Assembly: GCF_009914755.1 (NCBI RefSeq)
Contig: NC_060936.1
DNA length: 64,000 nucleotides
Strand: one strand, 5' to 3'
DNA from: the human T2T-CHM13v2.0 reference genome, Homo sapiens
The notes under the pieces were generated by a model. It made no database searches, was not told where the DNA came from, and was given only the letters and a program-made list of their open reading frames with translations. Both the position numbers and the translations under genes were made by a program. Positions 14,032-33,485 of the stretch are shown here, one piece after another (within the stretch, counting starts at the first letter, position 1; the number at the start of each line of letters is the position of its first letter).

Positions 14032-16819
14032 GCAGCAGAGTTGTATAGCTTTATCAAGCTCATCTTCATTCCTCAGTACTCCCATCAACTACTCACTCTC
14101 CCACCATTTCAGTTCTCCTGACTTTCAACAAAGCCTTTTCATGCTAAGATAAACCTTCCATAGTTACCGTGTGTCATTTCTGATGGTCTGCACGGCTGTT
14201 CTGTTCTGTCCTATTCTTGTGTGCTCAATCCTGTAGCTTCGTTCTTGCCAAGCTCTGGTCTATTATCTCCTCTTCCTCCTCTGGAAAGTCTACTTTAACT
14301 AGCTTCCATAAATGTCCTTACCCCTCATTCTCCCAGCATTGATAGCGAAGATGGTACTCCAGCATTAATTCTCTGTTTATCTGTATCTTGTTTTCCATTG
14401 TATGGGAAACTTCCCCATACTGATATTCCTTTTCCTGTTAACCAGAGTTCATATTCATCCCCATAGCTTCCAGTTCCTCTAGTCAGAGAAATCATTGACT
14501 GGCTTTCTCTTGCTTGGAAAGTCAACCAACTTTAGCAAGTGACAATAAAGAGAGATTTAGAACCTACTGACCCTCTCAATCCCTTCCTTGCCCTCTCAGG
14601 CCCCCCTTTCAACCTTTCCTTCCTTCCACAAATGCTGGCTGAGCCTGCGTTATGTGCTAGGCGCTGCTATAGGTTACCATGCTTCTCCCCTGTATAAAGC
14701 TTATACTCGATGCTCCTTCTGAATGGGAGTTTAGATATTGGTCTGATACTAGAAACACTTAATCAAATGCTCCCAAACAATGTCATAAGTGTGAATTCTG
14801 ATGGAGTACAGAATTAGGATATCTCTTCTCTGTAAGCCATTCTCTCCATTCTTGAAATTGCTATTCATCTTTGGCCCATCTCTCAGAACTTGATACAGAA
14901 TAGTTTTTGTGTCTCATTCTGTGATGAGCAGTTAGTCCATCTCAAAAATAATTTTAGCGTTTACTGAAGAACCCCAAGGAGAGGAGTGGGGAAACTAGAT
15001 AGTCTAATCTCCCACTGTCCCATAGAAACACATACATGTGAACTCACCTGCAGGCTTATGTAATTACATGTTGTTGAAACTAAATGGCTAAGTTAAACTG
15101 GAGTAAAGAAGTAATCTCAATTAGTTGCAGTTATAAGGGAAGACTCTGCAAGAAAAGGATTTGAGCTGGGTTTTGATGGGAGATTGTGGGAAGCAGTCTG
15201 TGAAGACAACACTCTAGGTGATGAGAGACATTCATTGTTCAGTCTGAGGCTTAAATGTGAGAAGAGTCAGGCTATGGGGGTTGGTGAAAGTGTTATCTTG
15301 GCTGAAGCATAGCTCTAAGTTGGAAAATTCCAAAGAAATGGGTTTAGTGAGAAATTAGGATGAAATTGCTAGAGGACCTAAATGACCAACCTAGGATGTG
15401 TCTTCCTAGCTGAAGGCAGGGCCATAAATAGAATAATTTCAGGAGGGCTAAAATGTTTATTCTTCCCCTTAGCTTTTGAGAACAAGAGACTAAGGTTTCT
15501 GGGACTCTGACTTTATATGACTAAGGTGCTCCTCTCACATGAAGTAAAGCATAAAGACCAAGTATAATGTAAACCTAATGTCTAGATTTTTCTATAATAT
15601 TGTTTAAATTTCAGTTGTAATTATCTGTCCAAATGGACTCCACACTTTGTTTTGCCTCGTTCTATTCTGGAATCATATGATGGCCTGCAGAATTTAACTT
15701 AACCAGCCACATGCTCCTTGCCTCATTCAGCCTACCCATTTTTTCTGTATGAAAAGGTTTCACAGTAAAGCAAAGAAACTTTTACACCTGGCATCTATCC
15801 CTTGACCTTTAACTTTCTGGAGTCACCTTACTTGAAGGAAGGAAATACCACCTAGAAACTGCCCCTGGATTTTTCCCAGCCTGTTGCACAGAGGTCTTCC
15901 AAACCTGGGTTATGCTAACTGATGGCAGAGGAGAAGAGTCCCAGCCCTAGCTTCCCAAATTTTTATGATATTTTCACCTTGAACCTCTGCTGGAATTTTC
16001 TCTGAAGCAGAAAGAAGAGGTGGTCACTTTTCAAATTGTTTATGCTTTTATACTTTTCAGATTATGAGGGGGAAATATTATAATGTGTCTACCTCTTCCC
16101 CTTGGCATATTTAGATTTAAAAGACAAAATATCAAGAAAGGAATTAATTTTGTAGAGAAATAATAAATAGAATTAGCAAAGAAGAACTTTCCAACAGCAT
16201 GGTTTACTGAAGGAAACTGGGCAGTCCCTCTATCTGAGGATCTAGAAGAATAGGGTCAATTAGCATTTGTCTGCAGATTTTGAAGGCAGTGAAATGAATG
16301 AGAAGACTCTCCAAAGCTCTGTCTGCAGGCCAGACTCAGTGATATCAGAACGGGACATAGAGAGAGGAAGCAAGGGTGACTCAAACCCATCTTTTAAGGC
16401 CTCTCTTCCCTATGGTTGCCTGCACCTCTGGTTTCTAAAAAAATTTTTTTTTGCCTCGTTTGCTTCAGAGATGGGTGGCTTTGAGGAAGTGAAGATAAAA
16501 TTTATTCAACCTAGATGTGTAAATAGAATTTTGTGACCAATTTTGATATGACTTTTATATCTAGACTTATAGCCAGGGGTGAATTTTCATACTGGCATAG
16601 GGTCAACTCCTTATTCCTGATTTGTGCACTATCCACTTTGTGGATTTTTGCAGACTCCATACTTCCACTGCCTTGGGTTTGACAGAAACACTGAGTCAGA
16701 GCAAGCATCAGGGATAGACTCAAAGGGTGTGTTTGTATGTATGTGTATGAGTGTAGGTATCCAAAGATAAAGCAATGAGGATTTATTTCACTTCTCTTTT
16801 CTCTTTGTAACACTAATTA

Positions 16820-16945
16820 CATTTGTGAAACTGTTTAATGGTGGCCTCTACTACTAGACAGTAAGCTACATACAAGGCTTGTGCACCATTGAATACTTAG
16901 CACTTAGCATAGGACTTGGCACATGGCAGACACTCAGCAAATGAC
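16820..16945 (+). mobile_element. L2 3' end fragment
   Basis: 'actagacagtaagct...cacttagcataggacttggcacatggcagacactcagcaaat'. Confidence 0.6.
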
Positions 16946-17561
16946 AAAATCATGTGGCCTCTGCTCTCATCCACTGACTCAGATAATGAGAAGTGTCTCC
17001 TCCTCAGGGGCCAGGGGGATGCTCTGCTATGGCAAGTGGAGGAATCAGAGATGATCCATGGAGCCTGTGATATGACCTCCCCAGTGAGGCTGTCAGCCCT
17101 AGGGTAGATTCCTTGTTGACTATCCTCTTCTTATCACTGGCAGCATCTTATCACAATACTTGGGGCACGGGCCAGGGAGTTACCCAGGGCTGAGGATGGG
17201 AGGAGGTAAGTCCTGGCTATCAGGATAGACATCTTATTCCAGCAGCAGTTGTCCTAGATGTGGCCTGTTTCCCAGCCCACTGACCTTTAGGGCACAGTGG
17301 GGGGTTGGGAGCATGAGTCAGAGAGGAATGTGGGACTGGTTGCTTGGGAGTTTCACTCTCTAGGGAGAAGCTGGTTCCCCATGCCTATCAGTTTTCTAAT
17401 GGCATCTCTAGAGGCAGAGCCTAGAAACAATTACTTGAAGGAGTCGGACGAAGCACCCACACTCTTTTGAACCCCTAGGATGTTGGCAGGAAGATAATTT
17501 AAATAGATTTTAACAGGCACAGGACAGAAAAGTATTGTAGAGTATTTCAATAGAAATCTGA

Positions 17562-17900
<339 letters not shown>

Positions 17901-18523
17901 AAGGAAAATTTAAGATATCCTCTTATCCATACTTCTGCCTCCATCCCAGATAAATACAAAATCTCTCTTTGAAGATTTTCTAAAGTGAGGGGATTCCACT
18001 GTTAGGTAACCATGGTAACCACTACACCACAGCACACTTATGAGAACATTCTACTGTTAAATCTAGCTGAATGTAGCCTGCAACATGGAAGCCATGACCA
18101 GGACAGTGGAAGTGCAGTGTGAATTATCCAAGCAATCATTTCCTCATTCCTTGGGTGGGAGTGGGCAGACACGCCCAGGAGTCCCTCACCCTGCCTCCCA
18201 CGATGCTCTGCTTCTTCATACAGTGCACACAGTGGTGGGAGATGGCAGCAGGGGCAGAGAGGCCCTCATTCTGGAGAGGGGACCTATGAATCTTGTAAAT
18301 ATGATGACATCAGCAATGACAGACTCTTCAGCCGCCTGGTAGTCTGTCATTGAAGCCAGGAATTCAGCACACGCTCAGACACACCCAGCCTTCACCATGG
18401 GTTCCCAGAAGCAAGTTCTCGCATAGCCACTAGGCTGGGAGGACCCTCACTTAACCAACCCTCCCTGACAAGCTCCAAGGCCTCAGAGTCGAATCCTAAA
18501 TTTCCAACTTAGCAATAATTTTT

Positions 18524-18825
18524 TTTAAATTGCATGATGCTGAGGCTTGGGGTATGGATGATCCCGTCACCCAGGTAATGAGCATAGTACCCAGTAGATA
18601 GTTTTTCATTCCTTGCCCCTCTCCCTCCTTCCCCTCTCCAGTAGTCCCCAGTGTCTGTTGTTGCCATCTTTATGTCCATGTGTGCTCAATGTTTAGCTCT
18701 CACTTATAAGTGAAAAGATGCGGTATTTCGTTTTCTATTCCTGTGTTAGTTCACTTAGGATAATGGCCTCCAGCTACATCCATGTTGCTGCAAAGGACGT
18801 GATTTCATTCTTTTTTATGGCTGCA
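18524..18825 (-). mobile_element. Short old-primate L1 3'UTR fragment with 21-bp TSD
   Basis: L1 3'UTR sequence flanked by tccaacttagcaataattttt at 18503-18523 and 18826-18846. Confidence 0.88.
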
Positions 18826-19864
18826 TCCAACTTAGCAATAATTTTTATCCCTCTCTGTTTTCTTTCTCAACAGTGCCTAAGTTGTTCATGCTGGTTGTTC
18901 TCAGGTGTTTTAACCTCCCCAGTGAGTGAGATCCAAGATTCATGGCATTATCATGGGAAATTCTTTCATTTTGGTTTAACTGAAATTTGTTTTTGTTATT
19001 ATCATCAGAGTCTAAAACTGATCAAGCCAGAAAACTTCTACACTGCTCTGAAGTCCCAGACAAATAGGCTGGAGATTTTTCCTGCTGTTCTCCACCTCTC
19101 TCCATAATGAGATGCTTTGTTTCCATGAATTGGCCCTGATCCAGACTTCTAGACTCTATGACAGGACATTTCATCCCTCCCTCTGCCTCCAGGCAGGACT
19201 GAACTTAACTCATCCCAGGCTGAAGGGTGTCTCCTTCAGACCTTGTTTCAAGATTTCCTGACTCTTTGGCCTCTTTCAGGTAAAAGCGCACAGCTGATTG
19301 CCCCAATGCCTAATCTTAATTTCCTAATGGCAATTCTAGCTCATTTCTTTTCATTGTGGAAAGGAAGATCCACATCTCCCTTATACCTTTCCAGCTAAAA
19401 TTATCTCAGTTCTTTTATAATGCTTCTCAGATATTAATTTGATCCCATATCTTCTTTGTGCTAGAGGAGGAAAATTAGTGTTAGATGAAATGCGCTCCAT
19501 TATCTGAGTATTGTTGGCCTGAGCTAGTATTCCATATTTTTATCACTTTTGTTATTGTGCTCCTCACCAACATATCTCATTCTTTCTTTGCATGGAGACT
19601 TCAAATATCAGTTTTATCTACCTGGAATGCCTTTCCCTCTCTCATCAGTCTTGACCTTCCATTACTTCCAAATCCTGTTCCATTCTCCCTCTCTAGACGA
19701 CGTTTCCTAACTCTGCATTTTCTGTGTATTCCTGATTCTTCTGAATCCTACTAGTGGCAATGTAAAGAACTTCATTCAGCTGGCCTTAAGATCTGCCCTT
19801 GCCTCACTCTCTCCGAGTATGAAGCATGGATAAGAAGAGTTCTGAGAGCTTGCAGGGAACCAGT

Positions 19865-20040
19865 AGCACAGCGTAGTGGGATGTATATAGCAAGTCAAGA
19901 ACTTGGGAGTTCTAGTGTGGGTCTATAACCCTGTGCACCTCATAACCTCTCTGGCCTTTCCACTTAATTATGTATGGACAAGGAAGCATTGAATTAGGCC
20001 ATCTCAAAGAATTCTTTAACTTTAAAAATGTTGTGAATTT
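19865..20040 (+). mobile_element. MIR/MIR3 fragment
   Basis: 'agcacagcgtagtgg...aagtcaagaacttgggagttctagt...aacctctctggcct'. Confidence 0.55.
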
Positions 20041-20235
20041 GTGCTTTCCTCTCTTTCTTGGTCTCTTTCAATATCATGGACAGAACTCTACAAACAGAGA
20101 AATCACAGAATAGGAGAATATGAACTAAAAGGCATAGTCGATAGGGAAAAACTTCATTTTAATATGGAGGTAGTGCTGGTCATAATAATTGGAAATTTGT
20201 AGTGAGAATGGGGGCAGGCTGCTGCACCTCCTTAA

Positions 20236-20545
<310 letters not shown>

Positions 20546-20596
20546 TCCTCTTGCAATCTTACAAACATTGCTGTGATGTGTTTTAAAGAGTAAGGA

Positions 20597-20926
<330 letters not shown>

Positions 20927-21228
20927 CTACCTCCTCAGCACAGTGGCCATCAGGCATATCCTAGCAATATGCTTGTACTAATGTAAAAAGCTTGCTCCAC
21001 CCTCATTCAAGTCACTGAAGGAAGATCCTACATTAAGTTGTTACTCATTTCTTTCTTGGGAAATTCCCAAGTCCTATGTGAGTAGAGAAGAACATTTCTA
21101 TCTGGAGTCCAAAAGTCTTCATTTTCTAAATAGAACTTAAGTTTGTTCTATGATATGTTGGTCATTATGCTTCATAACAATCCCTGAAAATAAAGACTGT
21201 AAAAGAAGTAATTTATAAGGTTATGTGG

Positions 21229-21230
<2 letters not shown>

Positions 21231-21272
<42 letters not shown>
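21231..21272. repeat. (GT)21 microsatellite
   Basis: Pure repeat, directly counted. Confidence 0.95.
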
Positions 21273-21275
<3 letters not shown>

Positions 21276-22128
21276 AGATAGAGAGAGACAGAAATTCATG
21301 TGATTTTCACTGTGGACTAGAGGAGTCTTAGAGAAATGTCATACTGACCATGCCACTTACTCTAAGCAGGGATAGATTCACATGTTATTTATTTTGAATC
21401 ACATTATCTTAAGCATCTGGACAACTTAGATTTTATTCAAAGCTGAAGAGCTAGAGGAGAGAGGGGAGGGAAAGTAAGTATAGGGTATTTATTAAATACC
21501 TACTGTATGTTAGGTATTGTGAAAGACTTTATATATCATATATACTCAACATAAGGTGAGATTTTATCTTCCCAAGCTACTTTCTCAGAAAAGAGGAAGT
21601 TATTTTATATTTGAATCCTTACAAAGTCTTATATTATAGGGTACTTTCTCAATTGCTTTTTAAGGAAGACACATTAGTCTGTAAAAGCAAAAAGCAAACA
21701 ACCTCTTCACCCCCAAACAAACAAAAAATAACCAGTGAGGGTTTGGATTACCTATAGAGGCCATTTGATGGGATTTTTTTTTTTAAGTGGACTTCAGTTT
21801 CTGGGAATGTGAAAGGCTTGGGCTGGGTTATTTGAATCAACGTTCCTGCTGAAAATAGCTTTAAAATGCTGGATAAAATAGTTAAGACATCTTAAAAGCA
21901 TGAAAGAGCCAACAAAATAGTAGGGAAATATCAGGTCAAAATCTAGTTGAAAGTGAAAACTCAAAGTGATAAGTGAAACAAAAAGGCTACTTTTAACCAG
22001 AAGGTATTTGCTGATAGAAGCAAACTTGCACTCTGGTTTTGATGGCTGGTCTGAGAACTTCAAACTCATGGCTGGCCCGAAGTTAGGAATCTAATAGGAG
22101 ACTGACCCCATATAAAACTGAAAAATCA

Positions 22129-22545
<417 letters not shown>

Positions 22546-23841
22546 TCACCTAGGTAGTAAAAGAAAACCTCAAACCTTGAATTTAATTTTAAATGATTCC
22601 AGATTAGTATTTCCTTTGGGGACCTAGCAAAAGCAAAGGCAAATCCTCCCTCAATGAAGACCTCTGCATCCTAAGCCTCAAAAATCTCCACAAGTAATTC
22701 TTCAAAGGCAGTGAGCAAATAAGCACATAGGGAGAGAAGGCACCGTGAGTAAGAATCAGCAAAAACAACAGACAGCAGAAACAGATGCACAAAGCCTCCA
22801 GAGATTGAAACTACCTGTCAGGCACATGTTAAAAAACAAGCCTGAAAATATTTCCGGGAATGTAAAAAGTGATCTAATGGATTTAAAGCAGAACCAAGTA
22901 GAATGATTCTAACAGCAAATTGGACCCAATTGAAGAGATAATTAGTAAATTAGGAGACAGATCAAAAGAAATCCAGAATGAAGCACAATGTGGTGAAAGT
23001 ATGAAAATATCAAACAGAGTTGAGATATATGGAAAATAGAGGGAGAAGACCCGTATCAACCAATAATTAAGGCTCCAAAATTAAACAAGACAAAGAATAG
23101 AACAGAGGCAATGTTTGAAGAAATAATGACAGGATTTTCTTAAACTGATTAAAGTCACCCAGAAGCCCAGTGAATTCCAAGCAAGATAAATAAATAAAAA
23201 AAATAAATCCAACCCTAACATATGAAACTACAGAACATGAAATATGAAGAGAAAAATAAGGAGATAAGAAAAAAGATAAAAATAAGAAAAATAAGGAGAT
23301 AAGAAACTTCTGCTTCTGGTCACAAAGAAGTAACTGACATGAAACTTGTCCTTCCATCCTAAACAAGTGCTATATATATGAAAATATATATATATATATA
23401 TATATTTACTGAATGGGTTTAATAACAGATTTGACACTACAGAAGAAAAGATAAATGCGCTTGAAGACATAGAAAGAAACCATACAAACGGAGGCATAGA
23501 TAGAAAAAATACTGAAAAACAAAAAGAAGGCATTAATGACTGCAGGGACAATATCAAGTAGTTTAACATTTATGTAATAGGATTAAGAAAATTTTGATGG
23601 AATAATGGATAGCTTCCCCTCAATTTAATAAAAACTATAAACCTATAAATTTAAGAAGCTCAGTGACCCTAGGCTGGCTAAACATAAAGACAACTACACC
23701 AAGGCACATCATAATCAAATTGCTGAAAAATTTTAAAGTAGCTAGGGAAGATATATTAAATATAAGGGAACAAAGATAAGAATTATTAGACATGGTTTGT
23801 CAGCATCAATGTAAGCCAGGAGACATTGGAAGAACATTTTT

Positions 23842-24500
23842 TTTTTCACCTAGCAAATTAGCAATTTTTATTTCTTTGTTTCGTTTTATTTTATTTTATT
23901 ATTATTATACTTTAAGTTTTAGGGTACATGTGCACAACTTGCAGGTTTGTTACATATGTATACATGTGCCATGTTGGTGTGCTGCACCCATTAACTCGTC
24001 ATTTACATTAGGTATATCTCCTAATGCTATCCCTCCCCTGCTCCCCCCACCCCACAACAGGCCCCGGTGTGTGATGTTCCCCTTCCTGTGTCCATGTGTT
24101 CTCATTGTTCAATTCCCACCTATGAGTGAGAACATGCGGTGTTTGGTTCTTTGTCCTTGCAATAGTTTGCTGAGAATGATGGTTTCCAGTTTCATCCATG
24201 TCCCTACAAAGGACATGAACTCATCATTTTTATGGCTGCATAGTATTCCATGGTGTGTATGTGCCACATTTTCTTAATCCAGTCTATCGTTGTTGGACAT
24301 TTAAGTTGATTCCAAGTCTTTGCTATTGTGAATAGTGCCGCAATAAACATACGTGTGCATGTGTCTTTACAGCAGCATGATTTATAATCCTTTGGGTATA
24401 TACCCAGTAATGGGATGGCTGGGTCAAATGGTATTTCTAGTTCTAGATCCCTGAGGAATCGCCACACTGTCTTCCACAATGGTTGAACTAGTTTACAGTC
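23842..24500 (-). mobile_element. 5'-truncated L1PA (about PA4-5) with short 3' transduction
   Basis: Canonical L1PA 3'UTR and ORF2 C-terminus ([36 protein letters not shown]); TSD tggaagaacattttt at 23827 and 24501. Confidence 0.95.
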
Positions 24501-24776
24501 TGGAAGAACATTTTTAAAGTACTGAATGAAAAATATGTGCCAACCTGAAATTCTATGTCCAGTTAAAATGTTTTTCAAAGTAAAGGTTAATAAAGACTTG
24601 TTTCCACACAAACAGAATCCGAATGAATACTGAGTGCTAAAGGGAGATTTTTAGGTTGAATGAAAAGGATATTGAATAGAAACTTGGACTTATAAGAGTT
24701 TCAGAAATGGTAAGTATATGGGTAAATATTAAGACTTTTTCTTGTTTTTAAATTTTCTTTAAAAGTTAACAGGCTA

Positions 24777-25133
<357 letters not shown>

Positions 25134-26510
25134 TTATAACATACATAGCAGTAAAATGTATGACGATAATAGCACAAAGGAGATGGAAGCAAACTATTGT
25201 CCCTACTTTGTATGTGACAGGGTATATTATTTGAATATAGGCATTGATAGTTAAAGTTGCATAATATAAATCCCATAAAATAGTCAATAAAATAACCAAA
25301 TGAAAAAGTATAGCTATCCTAAAACTTATTCAATCCAAAAGAGGAATCCTAAAACTTACTCAATTTATCCAAAAGAGGAAAGAGGAAACAAGGGATGACC
25401 AGACTTAATGTCAACTATATTGATAATTACATTAAATATAAATAGTCTAAACCTTCCAATTAAAAGCTAGAAATTGTCAAATAGAATAAATAAGCATGAT
25501 TAAACAATATGCTGTCTGCAGGAAATGCATTTTAAATATTTAGATTAAAAGTAAAGGGTGGGAAAACAGGTAGCATGCAAACATAAATAATAAGAAAGCT
25601 GAAGGTGCTATATTAATCCCAGGCAAAGGAGACTTCAGTACATGGAATAGTAAGACAGATAAAGAGGGACATTTCATAATGATAAAAGGTTCAGATGATC
25701 AAAAGGAAATAACAATAATAATAGTAAATAATTGGCAAATTACAGAACATCGAAATACATGGAGCAGAAGTGCCATAACTATAAAGAGAAATAGACAAAC
25801 TCACCATTAGAATAGATTTTAAACTCTGTTCTCTCAGGAATTGATAGAACAAGTTGTCATAATACCACTAAAGATTTAGAAGGCTTGAACAACATAACTA
25901 ACTAACTTGATTGAGTCTTCCTTCATAGAACATTACCTGCGGTGATTGCAGAATACATGTTATTTTCAAGTATATATGGAACAGTCACCAAGGTAAACCA
26001 TTTTGACCATAAAACAAGCATTGCTAAATTTAAAAGGATTGAAATCATATAGAGTATACTCTGATCACATCAGAATTAGATTAAAAACCTAACCAAAAGT
26101 ATATCTGAAAAATTCCCATAGTTTAGAAAATTAAACATAATATTCCTAAATAGTCCATGAAACACAAATCACAAGGTAAAATAGAAAATACTTTGACTCT
26201 TAAAAAAACAAAGCACAATATTTTAAAATTTGTGAATGTAGCTACGGAAGTATCTAAAAGAAAACCTATATCTGTAAATGTTTTTGTTAGAAAAGAAGAA
26301 AGATCCCAAATCAATTATCTAAGATTCCATTTTAAAGACTTATAAAAAGAAGCACAAAATGAAGCAAAAGTAGAAGAATGAAATAATAAAAATTAGGGTG
26401 GAAATCACTGAAATAAAGAACAGAAAAATAATAGATAGTCAATGATATGAAAAGCAGTATCACTGAATAAATTAACAAAATTGATAAACCTCTAGTTAGA
26501 AAGATTATAA

Positions 26511-26912
<402 letters not shown>

Positions 26913-27327
26913 AATTCAACAGACTTTAAAGGCTAATAAGGAAATATTATGAACAGCCTTATGTTAATAAATTTGACAACTTAGATGAAATGGATAAATT
27001 TCTGAAAAACACAAGTCGCCAAAACTGACATATAAGTTGAAAAATGTGAACAACTCTAGCTCTATTGAAAAAACTGAATTTATAATTTTAAAACCTTCCC
27101 TTGAAGAAAAACACCAAACCAAGATGGCTTCACTGGTGAATTCTATCAGACCCTGAATGAAGAAATCATACCAATCCTGCAGATTTCAGAAAATATGAGA
27201 GGAGGAAACACTTCATAACTCATTTTATGGTGCCAAAATTACTCTGACATCAAAATCATACAAAAACATCATAAGAAAATAAACGTGTAGTTTAATATCT
27301 ATCATAAACACAGATATAAGAATTCTT

Positions 27328-29404
<2,077 letters not shown>

Positions 29405-30046
29405 TCAGTTTAACATTTGACTATCAATCAATATATTTCACCATATAAACAAAAAAATGGAGACACCATGTGATCACCTCAGCAGATTCAGAATAAGTAC
29501 TTGACAAAATTCAACACTAATAATTCTCCAGACTAGAAATAGAAAAAAACTTTTCTCAGTCTGATAAGGAGCATCTACAGAAAATCTACAGTTAACATCA
29601 TATTTAATGGTGAACACTTTCCCCCTAAGATCAAGAACAAGGCAAATATGCTCATTCCTACGAGTTCTGTTCAGTGTTGTGCTGGAGATCCTAGCCTGTA
29701 AACTAAGGCAAGAAAAAGAAATAAAAATCATACACAGTGAAAAGAAAAAAGTAAAATTGTTTTTATTTGCAGGTAACATGATTGCATATATATATAAAAT
29801 CCAAAGGAATCTAGAAAAAATCTGTTAGAACTAATAAAATTAGATATGTTGCAGGATATAAGGTCAACGTGTGGAAAAAATCAATTGTATTCTCATACTA
29901 GCTATGAACAATTAGAAAGTAAAAAGTTTAAAACTACTATCTATAATAACATCTAAAAATTCATGAAATATTTAAGGATTAATTTGACAAAGTCTGTGCA
30001 GGACCTGAACACTGAAAACAACAAAACAATCAAAATTGTCAAAATT

Positions 30047-30295
30047 ATTTTCCAATTTTTTATTGTGTAAAATACATATAACATAGAATTTACCATCATA
30101 ACTATTTAAATGTACAATTCATTGGTTTTAGATAAATTCATAATGTTTGTTTTACCACCATCTCCATCATCCATCTCCGTAACTGCTTTCATCTATAAAA
30201 CTGAAACTCTATACCCATTAAACAATAACTTCCCATTTTTCTTCTCCTCCAGCCCCTAGAAACTACCGTTCTACTCTCTGTTTCTATTATTTTGT
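30047..30295 (-). mobile_element. L1MB-like 3' end fragment
   Basis: 'aaaatacatataacatagaatttaccatc...aaactgaaactctatacccattaaacaataac'. Confidence 0.8.
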
Positions 30296-30638
30296 TGGCC
30301 AGTTTTGGATAAAGGCGCCAAGGTATTTCAATGTAGGAAAGGATACTATTATAACAAATTATGCTAGAACAACTAGATATCCATCACAACAACAACTTTG
30401 ACCCTTACCTCACATCATAGACAGAAATTAGTTTGAGACAGAGCAAAGACTTTTCTAGAATAAAACATAGAAGGAATCTTCACAACATTGGGATAGGTAA
30501 AAATTTCTGAGATAGGACACAAAAAGCAGGATCCATGAAATTTTTAAAGTATGAATTTGATTTTGAAATTAAGAACTTCTGCTCTTTGAAAGAGACTTTT
30601 AAGCAAAGGAAAAGACAACACAAGACCATGACAAAAAA

Positions 30639-30642
30639 TCTG

Positions 30643-30694
<52 letters not shown>
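30639..30694. repeat. [TCTG]1[TCTA]13 tetranucleotide STR
   Basis: Directly counted. Confidence 0.95.
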
Positions 30695-30695
<1 letters not shown>

Positions 30696-30751
30696 GCCAT
30701 TCTCCTCAGCCTCCCGAGTAGCTGGAATTACAGCCACCTGCCACACCCAGT
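30695..30751 (-). mobile_element. Alu right-arm internal fragment
   Basis: 'gccattctcctcagcctcccgagtagctggaattacag...cccag'. Confidence 0.8.
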
Positions 30752-31544
30752 TATATATACATATGTCTCTGACAAGGGACATGTGTAGTCCTTTGCACAG
30801 ACAAAGAACTCTTCTTACAAGTCAACAATAACAAGGCAAACTAATTTAAAGATGGACAGAGGCTGTGAACAGGCTTCACAAAAAAGATATGCAAATGTTT
30901 AATAAATGCATAAAAAGTTGCTCACTACCTTTAGTCATCAGGGAAATGCAAATTAAAGTCACACTAAGATACCACTACACACCACTAGAATGGCTCAAAA
31001 TAAAAAGACTGACAATAACACATGTCGATGAAAATATGGAGCAACTGAAACTCTCATACACTTCTGATGGGAATGGAAAATGGTACAATCACTTTGGAAA
31101 ATAGTTTAGCAGTTTCTTGTTAAGTTAAACATACACTTGTTGTAAAAATCCAGCAATTGGCTTCCTAGGTTTTTACCCAAGATAAATGAACACATATGTT
31201 CCCACAAAGACTTGTACACAGGATGTTCATAGCAACTTTATTCACAGTAGTTAAAAACTAGAGACAACCCATATATCCATCAGCTGGTGAATGATTATAC
31301 AAAGGGTGGTAGGTACATATAAAGGAATACTTTTGAGCAATAAAAATAATAAATTACCAATACATGCAACTTTAGAACACTGGAGAGCATTTATTCATAT
31401 TTGAGTTTCCTCACATCCTTTATATGTTAGTCTATTAGGGTTGTTATCTTTTCTTATTTATTAACATGAGAATAAATAGAAATAATAGAATAGAGTAGGA
31501 TAATAGAAGTAATAGGATAATAGAAAATGGGTATTTTCTATTCA

Positions 31545-31700
31545 GAGAATGGTTCATGACCAGCAATATTGGCAGTACCTGGAGCTTATAAGACATGCAT
31601 AATCTTGGATCCTGTCCTGAACCTACTGATTCAAGATCCACTTTTAAACAAGATCCCCAGGTTTTTCAAATGCATACTAAAGTTTGCAAAGTACTGGTCT
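31545..31700. mobile_element. MER5A-like DNA transposon
   Basis: 'acctactgattcaagatccacttttaaacaagatccccagg...aaagtttgcaaagtactg'. Confidence 0.75.
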
Positions 31701-31704
31701 AGGT

Positions 31705-33485
<1,781 letters not shown>

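Noticed and set aside
18362-18385. REST/RE1 site (ttcagcac...)
   Set aside because: Only the left half matches; no correctly spaced GGACAG half.
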